Counted from the first letter of the stretch, positions 22,540 to 35,568 are shown. The stretch: DNA of 64,000 nt from Eukaryota sp. TZLM1-RC (GCA_040285825.1 JAUPSS010000002.1:2790001-2854000), one strand, 5' to 3'. Made by a program: numbers and translations. Notes: generated by a model from the letters alone, not told the origin.

Positions 22540-24870
22540 CTATTTTTTGTGCTTCTTCTTTGACCTGGCACGCAAATGTTGGTGCTCTTTGCTCTCCAGA
22601 AGAACAAAATTGACGGCCTTGAGCTCCCTCACTTTGTTTTTTAAGGAGGTTATTTCTTGATTAAGTTCATCAATTTCAACTTTTTGATTGAAAATTGATT
22701 GGGATTGACTAGTTGATAATAAAGCTTCTTTACATTCAAGTTCATCTCGTGCAGATATTAAAGAAGATTCTAAATTGATAGCATTTTGGGTTAATGCTTC
22801 ATTTAATTGATTTAAATAAACAATTTCCTTATTTTTTTCACATAATTGCTTCTCTAATTCTAAATAATCTCCTTTGTTAGCCATAAGAGATTCATTTTCA
22901 GATTTCAATTCATCAATTTTTGAAGTTAATTCTCCAACTAAAGACTCACTTTCCCTTAATTCTAGTTTAATTGAATCTAATTCAGAATTTAATAATGAAA
23001 GTTCAAACTGTTGATTAGAAATAATATTTTCAAAATTTGAATTAGTTTCATTTTCTTTTTCCTTTAAAATCGTTTCTAATTTTGACTCCAATTCAGAAAC
23101 TAAATTTTGTTGTTCAGTCAATTGTTGATGAAGTTGATCAATTTCATCTTTTTGATCAGATATGATAACTGATTGACGAGTTGACAAAACTTCTTTGTAT
23201 TCAAGTTCATCTCTTGCAGATATTAAAGAAGATTCTAAATTAACAACATTTTGGGTTAATTCTTCATTTAATTGATTTAAATCAACAATTTCCTTATTTT
23301 TTTCACATAATTGCTTCTCTAATTCTAAATAAGCTTCTTCTTTGTTAGCCAAAAGAGATCCATTTTCAGATTTCAATTCCTCAATTTCTGATTGTTTTTC
23401 TGATTTGATTGAACTAATTTCTTCTTTTTGCAATTGAATTAATTCATAATCTGCTTTTAAATCAGCAACCATGTTCCTTTCATCTTTCAATTCTTCTTTC
23501 AATTTATCCAACTCAGCAGCTTGTTTTTTGATAATTTCAGCTTGAGAACTATTTTCTTGATAACCATCAATTATAACATCATTATTGATTGGAGTCTGGG
23601 AAGGTCTTTTGAACACTTCAAACTGTTCTAGAGTTGGTGAAGAAGGTGCCATACTTGATCTCTTTTCTGGTGGAATCTGAAAATTTGGCTCTATAGGTGA
23701 CTGACAAGGGCTCAGCTTTTGAAATTTTCGGGAGGCAGTATTGAGCGAAGGACACCAAGTAAGTCGTCTATTAAAAGAACTAGGTTTTCGTTCTTCATCA
23801 ATAAGACGTTGACTTAGTAATAATTGTAAATTCTTTTCCTTCAATTCTTTAATTTCATTTTCATATCGTTTTAATAAAGCTCTATCATCCAAAACTTCAT
23901 TAATCTTTGCTCTATTTTGAACACTTTTAGCCCGCATTGCGAAATCCAAAGTACTTTTGGTAACTTCAAAATGCTTTACATGGGGATTGATGCAGCAGAT
24001 CATTACGGTTAAAGAATTACCTCCCAAAGCATTGGATAATACATGAGTTAACTTTGAATCTCGATAATTGACAAAGCCAGAGGGACTTGATTGTAATTTT
24101 GAAATTAAAGTTCCTAGTGCAAAGATTGACTTGTTAATATTACCAGTTTCTCTCAATTGAATTCCTTTCGCTCCAGTTTTAGAAGCACTTTCACTACCAG
24201 CTAAATCAACAAAATTTAAATGAGAAATTCTAACTGCACCATCAGAATTTGGTGATTTGTCCCGTGATTCTAGAATGATTCTAAAGATAGCATGACTTCG
24301 AGAACTTCTGTCATTCATTCTTGTAGCACCTACATGACGTCGTTGGTTCCCCTTTTCTAATAGTTCCAATGCCCCTTCAACTGACATGACTACGAATTCT
24401 TGGACAGAGCAGAGAACCACTGAATTAGTTTGGGCATCTGTACGGAGACAAGGTTTGTTCTGGGGTTCAAGCAGATCGAAAATATCTTCATTGTAGATTT
24501 CGATAAAGGAAACACGGACGAGGTAATGGCGGTCAAAGGAAGCTTCAATGTGATCAAAAATGTCAGAAAGGGCACGATAAACAACTCCTGGATCGTCATG
24601 AGAACCCATCATACTGTGAGTTTTACCAGCAGCAGTTTGTCCATAAGCAAAAACGGTACCATGGAAGCCCTCAATAGCTTGTGACACGATGGGAGAGACA
24701 AGAGAGTTGTAGAGGGATGAGTTGTTTTCAGATTCATTAAAGACATTGTCAAAATTGTAGACTGTGGAAGACATATTAGAAGACAGAGTGGTTTGATCGG
24801 AGCACCAACAGCGTTCTGATGCATTTGCAAAAAGGGGCCGTACTCTGACGGCCACCTTGATGGAGTTCAT
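22540..24870 (-). CDS. CENPE: CENP-E-like kinesin-7, copy 2 (longest tail, 776 aa from MNSIKVAV)
   Basis: Same motor motifs as copy 1. The ATG at 24870 aligns with the starts of copies 1 and 3; the ORF-track extension to 24975 runs into an antisense retrotransposon. Confidence 0.88.
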   Translation of the reverse strand: MNSIKVAVRVRPLFANASERCWCSDQTTLSSNMSSTVYNFDNVFNESENNSSLYNSLVSPIVSQAIEGFHGTVFAYGQTAAGKTHSMMGSHDDPGVVYRALSDIFDHIEASFDRHYLVRVSFIEIYNEDIFDLLEPQNKPCLRTDAQTNSVVLCSVQEFVVMSVEGALELLEKGNQRRHVGATRMNDRSSRSHAIFRIILESRDKSPNSDGAVRISHLNFVDLAGSESASKTGAKGIQLRETGNINKSIFALGTLISKLQSSPSGFVNYRDSKLTHVLSNALGGNSLTVMICCINPHVKHFEVTKSTLDFAMRAKSVQNRAKINEVLDDRALLKRYENEIKELKEKNLQLLLSQRLIDEERKPSSFNRRLTWCPSLNTASRKFQKLSPCQSPIEPNFQIPPEKRSSMAPSSPTLEQFEVFKRPSQTPINNDVIIDGYQENSSQAEIIKKQAAELDKLKEELKDERNMVADLKADYELIQLQKEEISSIKSEKQSEIEELKSENGSLLANKEEAYLELEKQLCEKNKEIVDLNQLNEELTQNVVNLESSLISARDELEYKEVLSTRQSVIISDQKDEIDQLHQQLTEQQNLVSELESKLETILKEKENETNSNFENIISNQQFELSLLNSELDSIKLELRESESLVGELTSKIDELKSENESLMANKGDYLELEKQLCEKNKEIVYLNQLNEALTQNAINLESSLISARDELECKEALLSTSQSQSIFNQKVEIDELNQEITSLKNKVRELKAVNFVLLESKEHQHLRARSKKKHKK

Positions 24871-24920
24871 GGGAAAGATTAAATAGTGTCCGCTTAAATT
24901 AACCACAATCAGATCAGAAA

Positions 24921-26525
24921 TATTGGGCTTCATCTTAATGCCAGCAAATGCCTTCTGATTGGCTCTTCTGCTCAAGACCTCGTGATAAACGATTCTATTG
25001 TCCCTTTTACTAATTATAGTAGTGATGCTTTTAAGTTCCTTGGTTGTTGGTTAGGAAATGTGCCTCAAATTCAGAATGAATTGCAAGTTATTTTGGAAAA
25101 AATGAAAATTGAACTTGATTCAATTTCTTCTTTAGATATAGAAAAACATATTAAATTTTTCATGCTTAAAATTTGCTACACTGGGAGAATAACCCACATT
25201 TTGAGATCTTGTGCTCCTTCCATAGCATTAGATTTTTGTCGTTCATTCAATTCATTGAGAACAGAATTTTTTGCTGATTTATTGGATGTAGAACCAGGAA
25301 TGTTGAAAAGTCACTTATTTTCTTCAGCAAATTTGGGGGGTATTGGATTTACTAAATCTTCAATTTTGTGTCAATCAGCATTCTTAGGTGGTGGCAAAAA
25401 TTTTATTTATGAATTTTCTCGTAGATTTCCAGATGATTCTCATCTGTTAGTCCCCAATTGTAGTCCCTATTTGTATGAGTTATCTTGTGAACTTGAAAAA
25501 TTGCCGCCACAAATTTGGACCAAATGTTTTCCTCAATCAATTCAAGAAATTCCAAACCGATCTCTATTAAATTTACAGTTTTGCTGTAAAAAGCTTCAAC
25601 AAAAATTGTCAAAGATTTTTGAAAGCTTGGATTTTGATGTTAGACTTGGCTTGGCCAAGAAAAAGAATCCCGCTTTTGCAAATCTTTTACAAGATATGTG
25701 TGACAGTACTTCTTCTGCCTTAGTAACAACAATTCCACAAGTTTATGGTACTCTCTTATCCGATTCTGCTTGGACTCTGAATATGAGATTTCGTTCCTTT
25801 ATCTGGCCTGATAATTTACCTCATAATTTAATTTGTAAATGTTCTCGAGAAATTACAACTACTCATTTGTTAAATTGTAAACATTTTATTACTTTTAGAA
25901 GCAAGGTTCATGATGCTGTAAGAGACCAGTTATATTGTATGTGTAAATCTCATAGAATTGAATCCTTCTTGGAACCTTTGTTGTCAAATCTGTTTGATGC
26001 TGAAAATGATTTTCATAAGAATAATAGAGGTGATGTCATATTACCTGGATTAGATGGAAGCTTCATTTTATTGGATGTAATGTCTGTTGATCCTTGTAAT
26101 GCCTCAAATGAAAGGCTTGTTAATTCTGAAATTCATAATCCCCTTTCAAATGCTGAAAATTTTAAATTCAAAAAATACAATGAACCTTTGTCCAAATTGG
26201 CCAGTCTACAGCATGCAAAATACAATTTGTATCCATTTGTATTTTCCCTTTTTGGTTCACTTGCACCAACTGCTTTACGTTTTTTGGATGATTTTGAAAT
26301 GATTGTAAAGAGAAGAACTGGCAGAAATTTCAACAGATTGTTTTGGCAAAATAGAATTGTGTTTTCTATTTTTAAGGGGATCTTGAAGATGGTTTCTGAT
26401 GCTTTGCTTTCTCTTGGATCTCACTATGAGAGAGTTGCATCTAGTGTTTTTGTTTTGGGAGAGATGGATTTTTTAGATGTTGATTTATAGGTTTAGAATA
26501 AAATTAAATTTTAAAAAACAAAAAA
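24921..26525 (+). mobile_element. Young 5'-truncated RLE-class (R2/CRE-like) non-LTR retrotransposon with 14-bp TSD
   Basis: Uninterrupted ORF with RT end (GLHLNASKC, FKFLGCWLG, ANLGGIG), zinc knuckle CKC..HLLNCKH, HDAVRD, RGDVIL..LLDV..AE..K..KY and PFVFSLFG. A-rich tail. TSD AATCAGATCAGAAA at 24907-24920 and 26526-26539; the empty site is visible at 20949-20962. Confidence 0.95.
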
Positions 26526-26539
26526 AATCAGATCAGAAA

Positions 26540-27110
26540 CCAAAATTAGGTCGGCCGACGTAAAATTGAACAAACCACAAAATCTCCTGTTTTATAATCA
26601 TAAACTTAGCATTGACAAGGGCGATTCATCAAGTGGGTTCTTAGCCTTATGAGTAGTAAGGTTACCGTTGTAACCCATAAAAAATTGAAGGTGAATGCGG
26701 ACTCTGACTGCTGCAGTGATGTTTTCAAAAAAATAATGAAAAATAAAAAATTCAGACTGATGAAACTTAATAAAAGAAAAGATTAATACAATGTGAATTA
26801 TTGTTGTGAATATATTCATATTTAGGGTGCATGTACCGAAAAATTATTATTGGATCAGAATTTTTGCTATTTTTTCGAAAAGAAATATTTGTTTTGTAAA
26901 AAAAAGATTTCTGATATCCGTAGATATCAATGAAAAAATTGATGGTGAATGTGAAGAGAAAAGAAAATACGTGACCAGATAGGTATTTCAAATGCCAAAG
27001 GGGTTAGTAATCAGATACAGATGTTAGAGGATATTGTGCTTGAATCCGATTGTGTTGTAGTTGATTATAGAGGTTTTTATCTAATTTCATCTGAACATAA
27101 TAAGTTTCCA
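26540..27110 (-). repeat. Paralogous kinesin upstream region displaced by the retrotransposon
   Basis: Diverged copy of 20963-21530 and 38695-39260. Confidence 0.85.
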
Positions 27111-27159
27111 TTATAAGCGGAAGACTATGTGTTGAAACAGGAACTTTTTTGAATAATTT

Positions 27160-29903
27160 CCAAAAAAGGGTTTAGGAAAAAACAATGAAAAGATCTTCTA
27201 TCGTTTTATGGCGTTCTCGATTCAGTTTGCCATTATTAATAGATTGCCTCGGTTTCTTGATTGAATTAGACAAGTTTTAGCTAGACATCAAGCAGATCAA
27301 GATTTTGTAAGAAAAATTTTGTTTTAATGAATTTCGTCCCATTAGTTATGATTTCTTTTGTCAAGTGTGCAAGTATAATAAATAATTATCAAACATTTGA
27401 ATACAGTTAGAAATAAATTATATAATAACGTTATTGACCAACTTCATGTCATGTGCAAATTTTATCGAGTGGATTCCATTTTTAGAACCATTATTATCAT
27501 AAATACTTCTTCTAAACACCAAGATTGATAGTAATTACAAAAGAGCTGCTATCAATCTGACAAGGGGTGTTGATTGTTCTTGGCTTAAATAGAAGATTCA
27601 CTATTTCGGCTGATATTTGGCGACCCTTGTTAATTTTTGCAATGAACAGTTGATTAATGCTGATGTCTATAATCCCCTTCTCGCTGGGGAAAAATGCAAA
27701 ACCGCCAAGTACAAGAAACGTATTTGTTTTGTCAACGAAGATTCTCCTGTCTAATATAATTTCTGTACATTTATTTTTTCTTTGATCGGCTATTTATATA
27801 GTTGCTGAAATCAATGCCCAATTCAAAATCTTCATTTGGTCGATTTTCAGAATCATAAGTAAATAACTATTTCGATGTCAGAGAGTTGGTTTTGAGGAAG
27901 TTGAGCTTTATTTGCTTTTTCGTAGTTCGATAATAGCTGCATTTAAGAAATTTTTGTAAATCACATGGTATTCATTTCTAGTAACCTCATTACAATACTT
28001 ATACAATAGTTAATTATTAATGTAAACAAATACACAATTAAATAATTTCTATTAATCTTTATAAAATGAAGTGATTCTTTAATACCTTCCAGAACTATCG
28101 TCATATACTTATCACCTTAATGGTCTTATTTCTCTGTTGATCGACAATGATCGTCAGATTCAATCAAACAGAGGTTGAACAAAACGCTGCTTCAGGTATC
28201 TTTCCTTTTTGTTTGGCCTTGGATCCCATTCTAAAACGCTTAAATTTCAACTACCTTGATATGCTGTTTGTTTGGTTAAGGAACGACATTTCAATACTCG
28301 GGCATATCCAATGAAAATTTTTAATGCATTTCTCAAAATGTTAACTTATTTCAAAGAAATTAGCTTCCACAAAATACACAATATATGTTAATCAGTTAGG
28401 TGGTGCAAACATGTTTTTCAAAGCTTGATCAGAAGTTCCTTCCATTAATTCAATTCTTTTCGTTTATTAGGCTGTTGGCTTGGAATGGCTTGTCAAATTA
28501 CCTACGAAATAAATAATCTTTTACTGAAATCAAATTTTCAACTTGATACAATTCCCACCTGTGAAGTCGAGAAACATATCAAGCGTTTCATTTTAACTAT
28601 TTGCTATTCAGGTAAATTAGTCTACCTTTTGAGAACCACCTCTTTAAATATTTCACGAGAATTTTGCCTTAGGTTTAATTAGTTTGTTACGTTTAGTTTT
28701 ATTTAACAAATTCTTTTTGCCTCTTTGGTTGATGTCAATCGTGATCTGATTCAAAGCCATGTCTTTCATCATCAAATATTGGAGGAATTAATTTCACCAA
28801 TATTTGATAATGAATGACATTTTGTTTTCTCTAGTGGTGGGAGAAAAATGATGTTGATTTACTGAATTAAGTTAAAAGCATTTATTTGAGTGACCTTGGA
28901 ATGCGCTTGATTGTTTTTTTGTGAAATATGTTGTAAATTTTTTTTCCTTGCAGGAAAAACCACCACGAACACCAAGCACTACGTGTGATAAAAATTGCTG
29001 CAGCAATTAGCAATAATTTGTGAAGGCTTGTATCTTAATTTTCGTCTTGAAACGGTCAAAGAAGATAATCGCGCGTTCCCTAATATTTTGTTAGATGCTC
29101 AAGTTAGATGTTCTTAAATTATTAACTTAATTAGTGTTAAATTGCTCAAATTCATCAAATCTATGGTAAAACTTTAGATGATACTACTTACTCATGTACA
29201 ATGCGTTTGTGTGTGTTTTTTGGCCTACCAATCTGCCTCATAATTTAAGACGTAAATGTGGATCGAAGATTACTCCAAATCATCTGGTCAATTATAGCTT
29301 TTTTTATTACTTGTTGATATAAACTACACAGTTCAGTGAGGTATTAACCATGGTGATGTCAAGGTCACATTTATGATTCTTATGTAGAATCGTTGTTCTC
29401 TCGTTTGGTTGATGAAAATACTTTGAATTCATTTGGTCGAAATAAAGGTGATTTACTGCTTAAGAGTCTTGATTAAACGATCATAGTTACTGATGTGAGA
29501 TCAACTGATGTCTGTAATAATTCTTTTATACCATTAACTCAGTCAAAATACCAGAATTCCTTGTTTGTTGCCGAAAACACTAAAATTGATAAATATAAAG
29601 CAAAGTTGTTTTTTCCTTAATACCGAATCTCACACTCATTGTGTCATGTATCCATTTGCTGTCTCTTTCCATCGCTTTTTTGACCTATCACTTTGTCATT
29701 CTGAAATGACATTGTTGATATTATAAAACAGTGTACAGGATGAGTTTATGGACAGTTTTTTGGCCGAAGACAACTGCTTCTTCTTTTTTAAGGTGATGGT
29801 ACCTTATTATTTTCTGCTTTATTCTCTCTTCGTTGGTTTTATGAAGGAAGAACTTCCATTCAATTCTTTTTGGCTGATTTGCGATATGAAGATATAGAGC
29901 TTT
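27160..29903 (+). mobile_element. Stack of degenerate RLE retrotransposon fragments (three families)
   Basis: 27160-27350 matches the 63201-family end; 27420-27910 matches the 14420-15400 family. 28150-29903 has RT remnants (FCLALDPILK, FRLLGCWLG, EKHIKRFILTICYSGK), CKC, NKGDLL, TDV and ends in LADLRYEDIEL*. Confidence 0.75.
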
Positions 29904-31626
29904 GAGTTTGTTGTTCAACTTATTGAGATAAATCGAACCTAACAAAAATAATAAATTACATTCAGTTCAGTTTGTTGAATGTGTTTGAGAAAACCCTAAC
30001 AGAATATTTCAACTTTTCATCAAGTTTTGAAAAGCATCTGTAACAAACTTGTTGTTATCAATGTTATTCATATAGAATAATACTCGAAATTTTTCTTTTT
30101 AATAATTGTTGTTCACATAAAGTGAATGACTTGCTGTACATTTAGAACAACAAAAACCAAAATTGTTTTCTTTAGAATTTTTTGTTAGCTAACTTGATGT
30201 TGATGTATCGATATTGAAAAACGATTTTATTATACCAATTTTAATGAAATTGAATTAACTGAATGTAGTTGAAGGTCAGCTTTATAGAAGGATACAAGAC
30301 TTTCATTTAAAGATTTCACCAACGATGTTCTGATCCTGTCCTGATCATCTTTTAAACTTTAATTTTTAGTTTCAACCTACTTGCATGAAATTGAATTTTT
30401 ACCACATCGTTTTGGGGAATAAAATTTACTAATTCAGTCGTTCGAATTTGGACAACGTATATAATTAATATCAAATAACATATGAAAATATCACAACAGC
30501 ATTATTCAAGTTTCTGAAAGCTTCGATTTTGAAATTCGTTTTACTTCTACCAAAAACTAATCCTGTCTTCGCAAATCCTATATTCGAAGTAGTTTTGTTT
30601 GTCACTTCTGGCCACAATTACCAAGAGATTAGATATATAAATTGTCTTTATTTAGCCGGAAAATTATTGCCTTAATGAGAATAAGGTCTATTTGATCTTC
30701 AATCACGGGATTGAGAACTTTCATCGTCAAGATTGACTAAAAATAACTTTAACTTATTGATTGAATTGTTATATTAAACAAAGTCTCTTATCGGAATCTG
30801 GTAATTTAGAAAAAACTAAGAAGTTGAGGTGTTTTGACGATGATAACTTTCAGTTTATTGATCTTGGTTTTGGTATTGTATCTGCTGGTTTTTACAGGTT
30901 GCGAAAGAAAAAGAAACGATGTTGTCAATATTGTATTCTATATTTCTATTCAACCTTAAGTATTAAATAATTTTTAAAAATTGTCTTTTCCAACTTCAAT
31001 ATTTGCAACAATTATCATTTAAAAAGGTTGACACTCCTTCAATTTTGTTAAAGCATTTTTTCGTTCAAACTATTTGACAGTAACTACTTTGCAATTTCAA
31101 ATATATAAGGCTCAGTTTGTGTTAAACACAAGAAGCTACGTCGCTTCATCTTGAAATAACGTTTGAAAAAAATATACTTTTTTCTTCAGTAAACAATTAT
31201 TATATTGGGTTAAATTAATGAAGATGACATATTGTAATTTCAAAAGGCTCTATTGACGCGCAATAATTGATAAAAATAACCCAAATCAAATTACAAGAGA
31301 TTCAGTGCACGACAATTTTCTGTATAAAATGATGGTGATATTGTTTTCTCGCTACTGCTTCACTTTTTTGATGAAGAACCTGAGGTAATCTATTGGATGA
31401 AGCCAATTGAATTCACAATATTATTCATAACAATCAACAGTAGGTTCAATCTTCAGTTTTAATTGTGTTTTCTAATTAATTCTAATTATTACAATCTCAT
31501 AAAGGAAACACCATCAATTTTAAAAGAACGAAGATTACATCAGACAAATATCTTGCTGATTCTGTCGAATGAAACAAACTTAGACTGAATTTATTAAAGT
31601 AAAATACACAATTGGTTAAAAAATAA

Positions 31627-34600
31627 CTAATTTTCCATTTCAGAACCACTCATCTCACTTTCGCTAATATCTTCTTCCTCTTCTTCTTCGACTTCCCCAG
31701 ATTCCAAAAGTTCATCAGTCAATTCATCCCCAGACTCTTCTTCAACAACTTTTGTTTTCGACTTTTTTGATACTTTAGATGGTTTTTTACTTGGATTTTT
31801 TGAATGCTCATCATCTGAATCATTCACGCCACCCTGATTTGCAAGTGCACTAAGTTTTGATTCAATTTGATCCCAAATACTCTGATCTTGTTCCTTGGCC
31901 TTTAATTGAGTCACCTTTCGGCCTTTGGTAATAATTTTAGAGAAAGCATTGATAGAACTTTCATCAAGCAAGTCGAGATTTAAGTCGGGTAACAATTTCA
32001 ATAAGGTTTTCTGAGAAGACACTCCTGACATGCCGAAAATTTCGGCAATATTTAAATAAAGTTTTGAGAGTGTTCCGTTTCTAGATGATTTTAACTTAGA
32101 AATAAACTTAATAGAAATTGAATCCTTTTCAGATACCTTTGTCGTGAAAAATTTTGCCAATTCGGTAATAATTTTGCTGAAATCACTTTCTGTAATGATA
32201 TTTTGTGAAAGTTCCTGCTGAACAAGAGCAAAATTTTCATCATGAAACTCATTGATCTCTTCTGAGGCCTGAAGAGCGGCTGAAACTTCGTCCACACAAG
32301 TAAGTAATAACCCTAACGTATTTGTCATCAAGTTATATAAATACTTCTCCTTTGTCGCCAGATTCTTCAACAAATTAACCACTTTAAATTTCCTATCTTC
32401 TTTAATTAAAGCAAGCGCTAAATAAACAAAATGATATCTTGGTTTTAAAAGTTCTTGTAAAGTTAATTCAGCAATACAATCAAGAGCTACAAGAGCGATT
32501 TCAATATCTGATGATAAAATTAAACCAAAGAACTTTCCCGAAACAGAATCAACAATGGTGGGATGGCGAACAACTAAATCAGAAAATGAAATTAATAAGG
32601 TACTTGTTGCTCTATAAGAAAATGAATGGTCAAAACAAAGTTCAACTAATTCAATATGCTCGGAACAAAATGATCTTGATGGTAGCAAAACTCTAAAAAA
32701 ACTCCGAATTAAAATAGATTTAATATCGGGATTTACTGAAGGGGAAAATACAATATTCGGAAAACAATTGATTAAAAATTGGACATGTAAAGTGATAAAA
32801 GAATTTTGAATGAGGCAGTTTTCAGAAATATGGTTCAGATGATCAATTCTTTGATCAAAAATTGATCGAGTAATTTCTTCCGATGAAGAATTCGAACCAG
32901 CTTGTTCGTTTTGAATTCTTGCAATTTCTATATCGGAATATTTTGTAAACGAAGAACAAATACACCCTAGAAACCAAAAAATGGCGAGTTCATTATGGAT
33001 TCCTGGAATAAGTGTTTGTTTTTTCGTACAGAAATCAGTAAACCTCCCAAAATCATTGAATATAACAAATAGCGGGTTTTGTGCAATAGAAAAAATAACA
33101 GAAATTACTCTTTCTGATGTACTGAACCAATCAGAAACTTGAGAGCTCACCAAAATTTTGAACAGACAATTGAAGATTTCATGAGTATTTTCAACATTAT
33201 TTGATCTTTCGTGACAAATAATGGAAAAAATAGAATTTAAATATAAGTGAAAATATTCAGGATCTTGTTCAATAAGAATTTTGTAAGCTCCTTTATAGGA
33301 CAAAAATTTCACACAATCGTCAAGAGTCAATCCAGTTTCTGACCCTATGACGTGTAAAAAGCTCAAAATAATGATTGAACCAACAGCTGTGTCAAGTCTA
33401 ACTGAAACATCATCGAGAGCAGGCATTTTAATTACATAATTCTTTAACCTGGCAATTGTTTCTTCACTGAATAAATTTGGCGCTTTTCTCATTAGAAACT
33501 TGGTTAAATCCTTGACCAGTGAAAAATTATTCAAATAAAATGCCCTACAATTCACCAGAAAATGAGCAAAAGCACTAATAGTTTTCTCCACATCAGAAAT
33601 GTCGTTAAATTGCAAATTAAAAGCATTTGCCAAAAAATGATTACAAATTGTGTCCATCACCTTTTCTCTTTGGTGTTGATCATTCAATTGAAGTAATTTT
33701 AACAAAGACACGGCATATGAACCTTGAATGAGTGATACTAGGTGCATCTGTTCAAGGTACTTTAAAGCACATTCCAGATCAAAATCAGTACCATAATGCG
33801 TTAAGTAGTTCAGACATAGTCCGGCCACATAATCAAAAATTTCAAATATTTCACGAGTTTTCAGTAAGCAATTGTAAAGAACTTCTGCAACAGGAAATTC
33901 TGATAAGAGATCATCACTTATTCCTTCATTTAAAACAGAACTGGTATTCAACTCAGTGAGCAATTTACTCATTGTGGTGTAGAGCAAATACGGATTTTCT
34001 ACTCCCAGTAACATTTCAAAATACTTAACTGAGCTTTTCCTGACCCTTGCTGACCTGTCTAGAACTCTTTCCTTGACCACATATACTATATCATAAAGGT
34101 AGTCAACCAAGGGTTCATAATCATTAAGTAAAATAACTAAATCTTCATTATTATCAAACGCATTTGCCGAATGTGACGAAGTAACAACTGGGAGCATCCT
34201 GACAATCGACTGGAAAAAATTAGTGGAAATGTCTGTTAAAATTTTGACAGACTCAACCCTGCAGTTTGCATTTTCATCTTGGGCAAGGTCAAGCAATAAA
34301 TCTAATACATTCTGCTTATCTAAATGAGAAGCTTGTGGACGTGAGTCGTTGGAAGTCGGTTGATTTTGACCGCTTGAAAGGTCATTATTTTGAGCTGATT
34401 GATTTGGATCAACACTTAAGTCATCCAAATCAATAGGTAACTGCTCTTCCTCATCTTCATTCGACACGTCATCATTTTGAGCCTTCACGTCATCATTAAT
34501 ACCAATATTGTGAGCTTCATGGAGTAACAAAGTACCCAACATTGAGGCAGAACCAGCCCTAATTGCACTGTTATTACAAGATGCTAATTCTTTAACATGA

Positions 34601-35568
34601 ATTAATTTCTTCAAAACAATATTTGGGGCTTCACTAGCTAAGATATTTAAAAATTTGCCAAAATTTGTGCCATCTTGACCCTTATAATCACTTAAAATTG
34701 TGACCAAATTTTCCAGCAATAAATCCCCAATGATTCGTAATTTATAAAATTCATCATTGGTTTCGGCTTTTCTCAGCAAATGTACTAATAAATCACATCT
34801 TGGAGTTATTCTTATTTCTTCAATGATGGTATTAACCAAAACGGAAAGTGATTGTTGGCTGTCACGTGCAGCAGCAAGACTTATCTTGACCATTAATTCT
34901 GATAAATTAACCCTGATTTGTTTTTCTGTGTTTTTCCTGGCACCAAACGTCTTTTCACACAAATAAAGAGCAGGTAATAAAATTCTAAAAAAAGAATTTA
35001 AATCAGAATTATCAGTAAAAACCCTAGTTAATTGTGGAGAATTGAGGAGAGAGCAAAGAGCTTGAAGTAATGAAAGGTAGCTTCTCTCATGGTTTTCTTT
35101 TTCACCTTTAGCTTCTTCATCACCCTGAGATTGTTTGGCAACTGCACTCTTCTTGGTATTTCTAACAAAGCTTAACTGGTTAGTGATTAGCCAGCAAGTG
35201 AGACAAACGTACATGTTGACAATTGTTGGCAAATGAGCCTTTTCGTCACTAGATCTTTGATGAATCGGGTTGCAGGGGTTCTGGAGGTCTGAGGATAGTG
35301 AGGATAGCGCAGTTGTGAGGGAAGATGTAATCATGGTGTGAAAAGGAAGAGCAGAAGTGGCTTCCCAGTGATGTACAAGGGAAAACAGAGTTGCAAAAAC
35401 TGAAGGATGTTCGATGTTGGCAAATTGGTCCGTAATAGCAGCAAGAGGTTCTTCAAGCAGGGTAGCAATATCTAAATCGATGTGAGAAGGATCAAATGCA
35501 TCATCTAAGTAGCACTCGTTCTTTGGATCAAGAAGATCCTTTGGGGAAAGTGGAATATAGAACACCAT
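31627..35568 (-). CDS. NCAPD2: Condensin I subunit CAP-D2 (Cnd1/Ycs4)
   Basis: N-terminus FYIPLSPKDLL resembles CAP-D2 FHLPLSPEELL. HEAT repeats (DENANCRVESV, DRSARVRKSSV), Cnd1 domain FSDLVVRHPTIVD...LTLQELLK, and a basic/acidic tail. 1313 aa, intact. Confidence 0.85.
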   Translation of the reverse strand: MVFYIPLSPKDLLDPKNECYLDDAFDPSHIDLDIATLLEEPLAAITDQFANIEHPSVFATLFSLVHHWEATSALPFHTMITSSLTTALSSLSSDLQNPCNPIHQRSSDEKAHLPTIVNMYVCLTCWLITNQLSFVRNTKKSAVAKQSQGDEEAKGEKENHERSYLSLLQALCSLLNSPQLTRVFTDNSDLNSFFRILLPALYLCEKTFGARKNTEKQIRVNLSELMVKISLAAARDSQQSLSVLVNTIIEEIRITPRCDLLVHLLRKAETNDEFYKLRIIGDLLLENLVTILSDYKGQDGTNFGKFLNILASEAPNIVLKKLIHVKELASCNNSAIRAGSASMLGTLLLHEAHNIGINDDVKAQNDDVSNEDEEEQLPIDLDDLSVDPNQSAQNNDLSSGQNQPTSNDSRPQASHLDKQNVLDLLLDLAQDENANCRVESVKILTDISTNFFQSIVRMLPVVTSSHSANAFDNNEDLVILLNDYEPLVDYLYDIVYVVKERVLDRSARVRKSSVKYFEMLLGVENPYLLYTTMSKLLTELNTSSVLNEGISDDLLSEFPVAEVLYNCLLKTREIFEIFDYVAGLCLNYLTHYGTDFDLECALKYLEQMHLVSLIQGSYAVSLLKLLQLNDQHQREKVMDTICNHFLANAFNLQFNDISDVEKTISAFAHFLVNCRAFYLNNFSLVKDLTKFLMRKAPNLFSEETIARLKNYVIKMPALDDVSVRLDTAVGSIIILSFLHVIGSETGLTLDDCVKFLSYKGAYKILIEQDPEYFHLYLNSIFSIICHERSNNVENTHEIFNCLFKILVSSQVSDWFSTSERVISVIFSIAQNPLFVIFNDFGRFTDFCTKKQTLIPGIHNELAIFWFLGCICSSFTKYSDIEIARIQNEQAGSNSSSEEITRSIFDQRIDHLNHISENCLIQNSFITLHVQFLINCFPNIVFSPSVNPDIKSILIRSFFRVLLPSRSFCSEHIELVELCFDHSFSYRATSTLLISFSDLVVRHPTIVDSVSGKFFGLILSSDIEIALVALDCIAELTLQELLKPRYHFVYLALALIKEDRKFKVVNLLKNLATKEKYLYNLMTNTLGLLLTCVDEVSAALQASEEINEFHDENFALVQQELSQNIITESDFSKIITELAKFFTTKVSEKDSISIKFISKLKSSRNGTLSKLYLNIAEIFGMSGVSSQKTLLKLLPDLNLDLLDESSINAFSKIITKGRKVTQLKAKEQDQSIWDQIESKLSALANQGGVNDSDDEHSKNPSKKPSKVSKKSKTKVVEEESGDELTDELLESGEVEEEEEEDISESEMSGSEMEN

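Noticed and set aside
24871-24975. 811-aa kinesin with N-terminal extension MSRRANQK...
   Set aside because: It starts at a non-ATG codon inside the antisense strand of the retrotransposon; paralogs start at the position equivalent to 24870.
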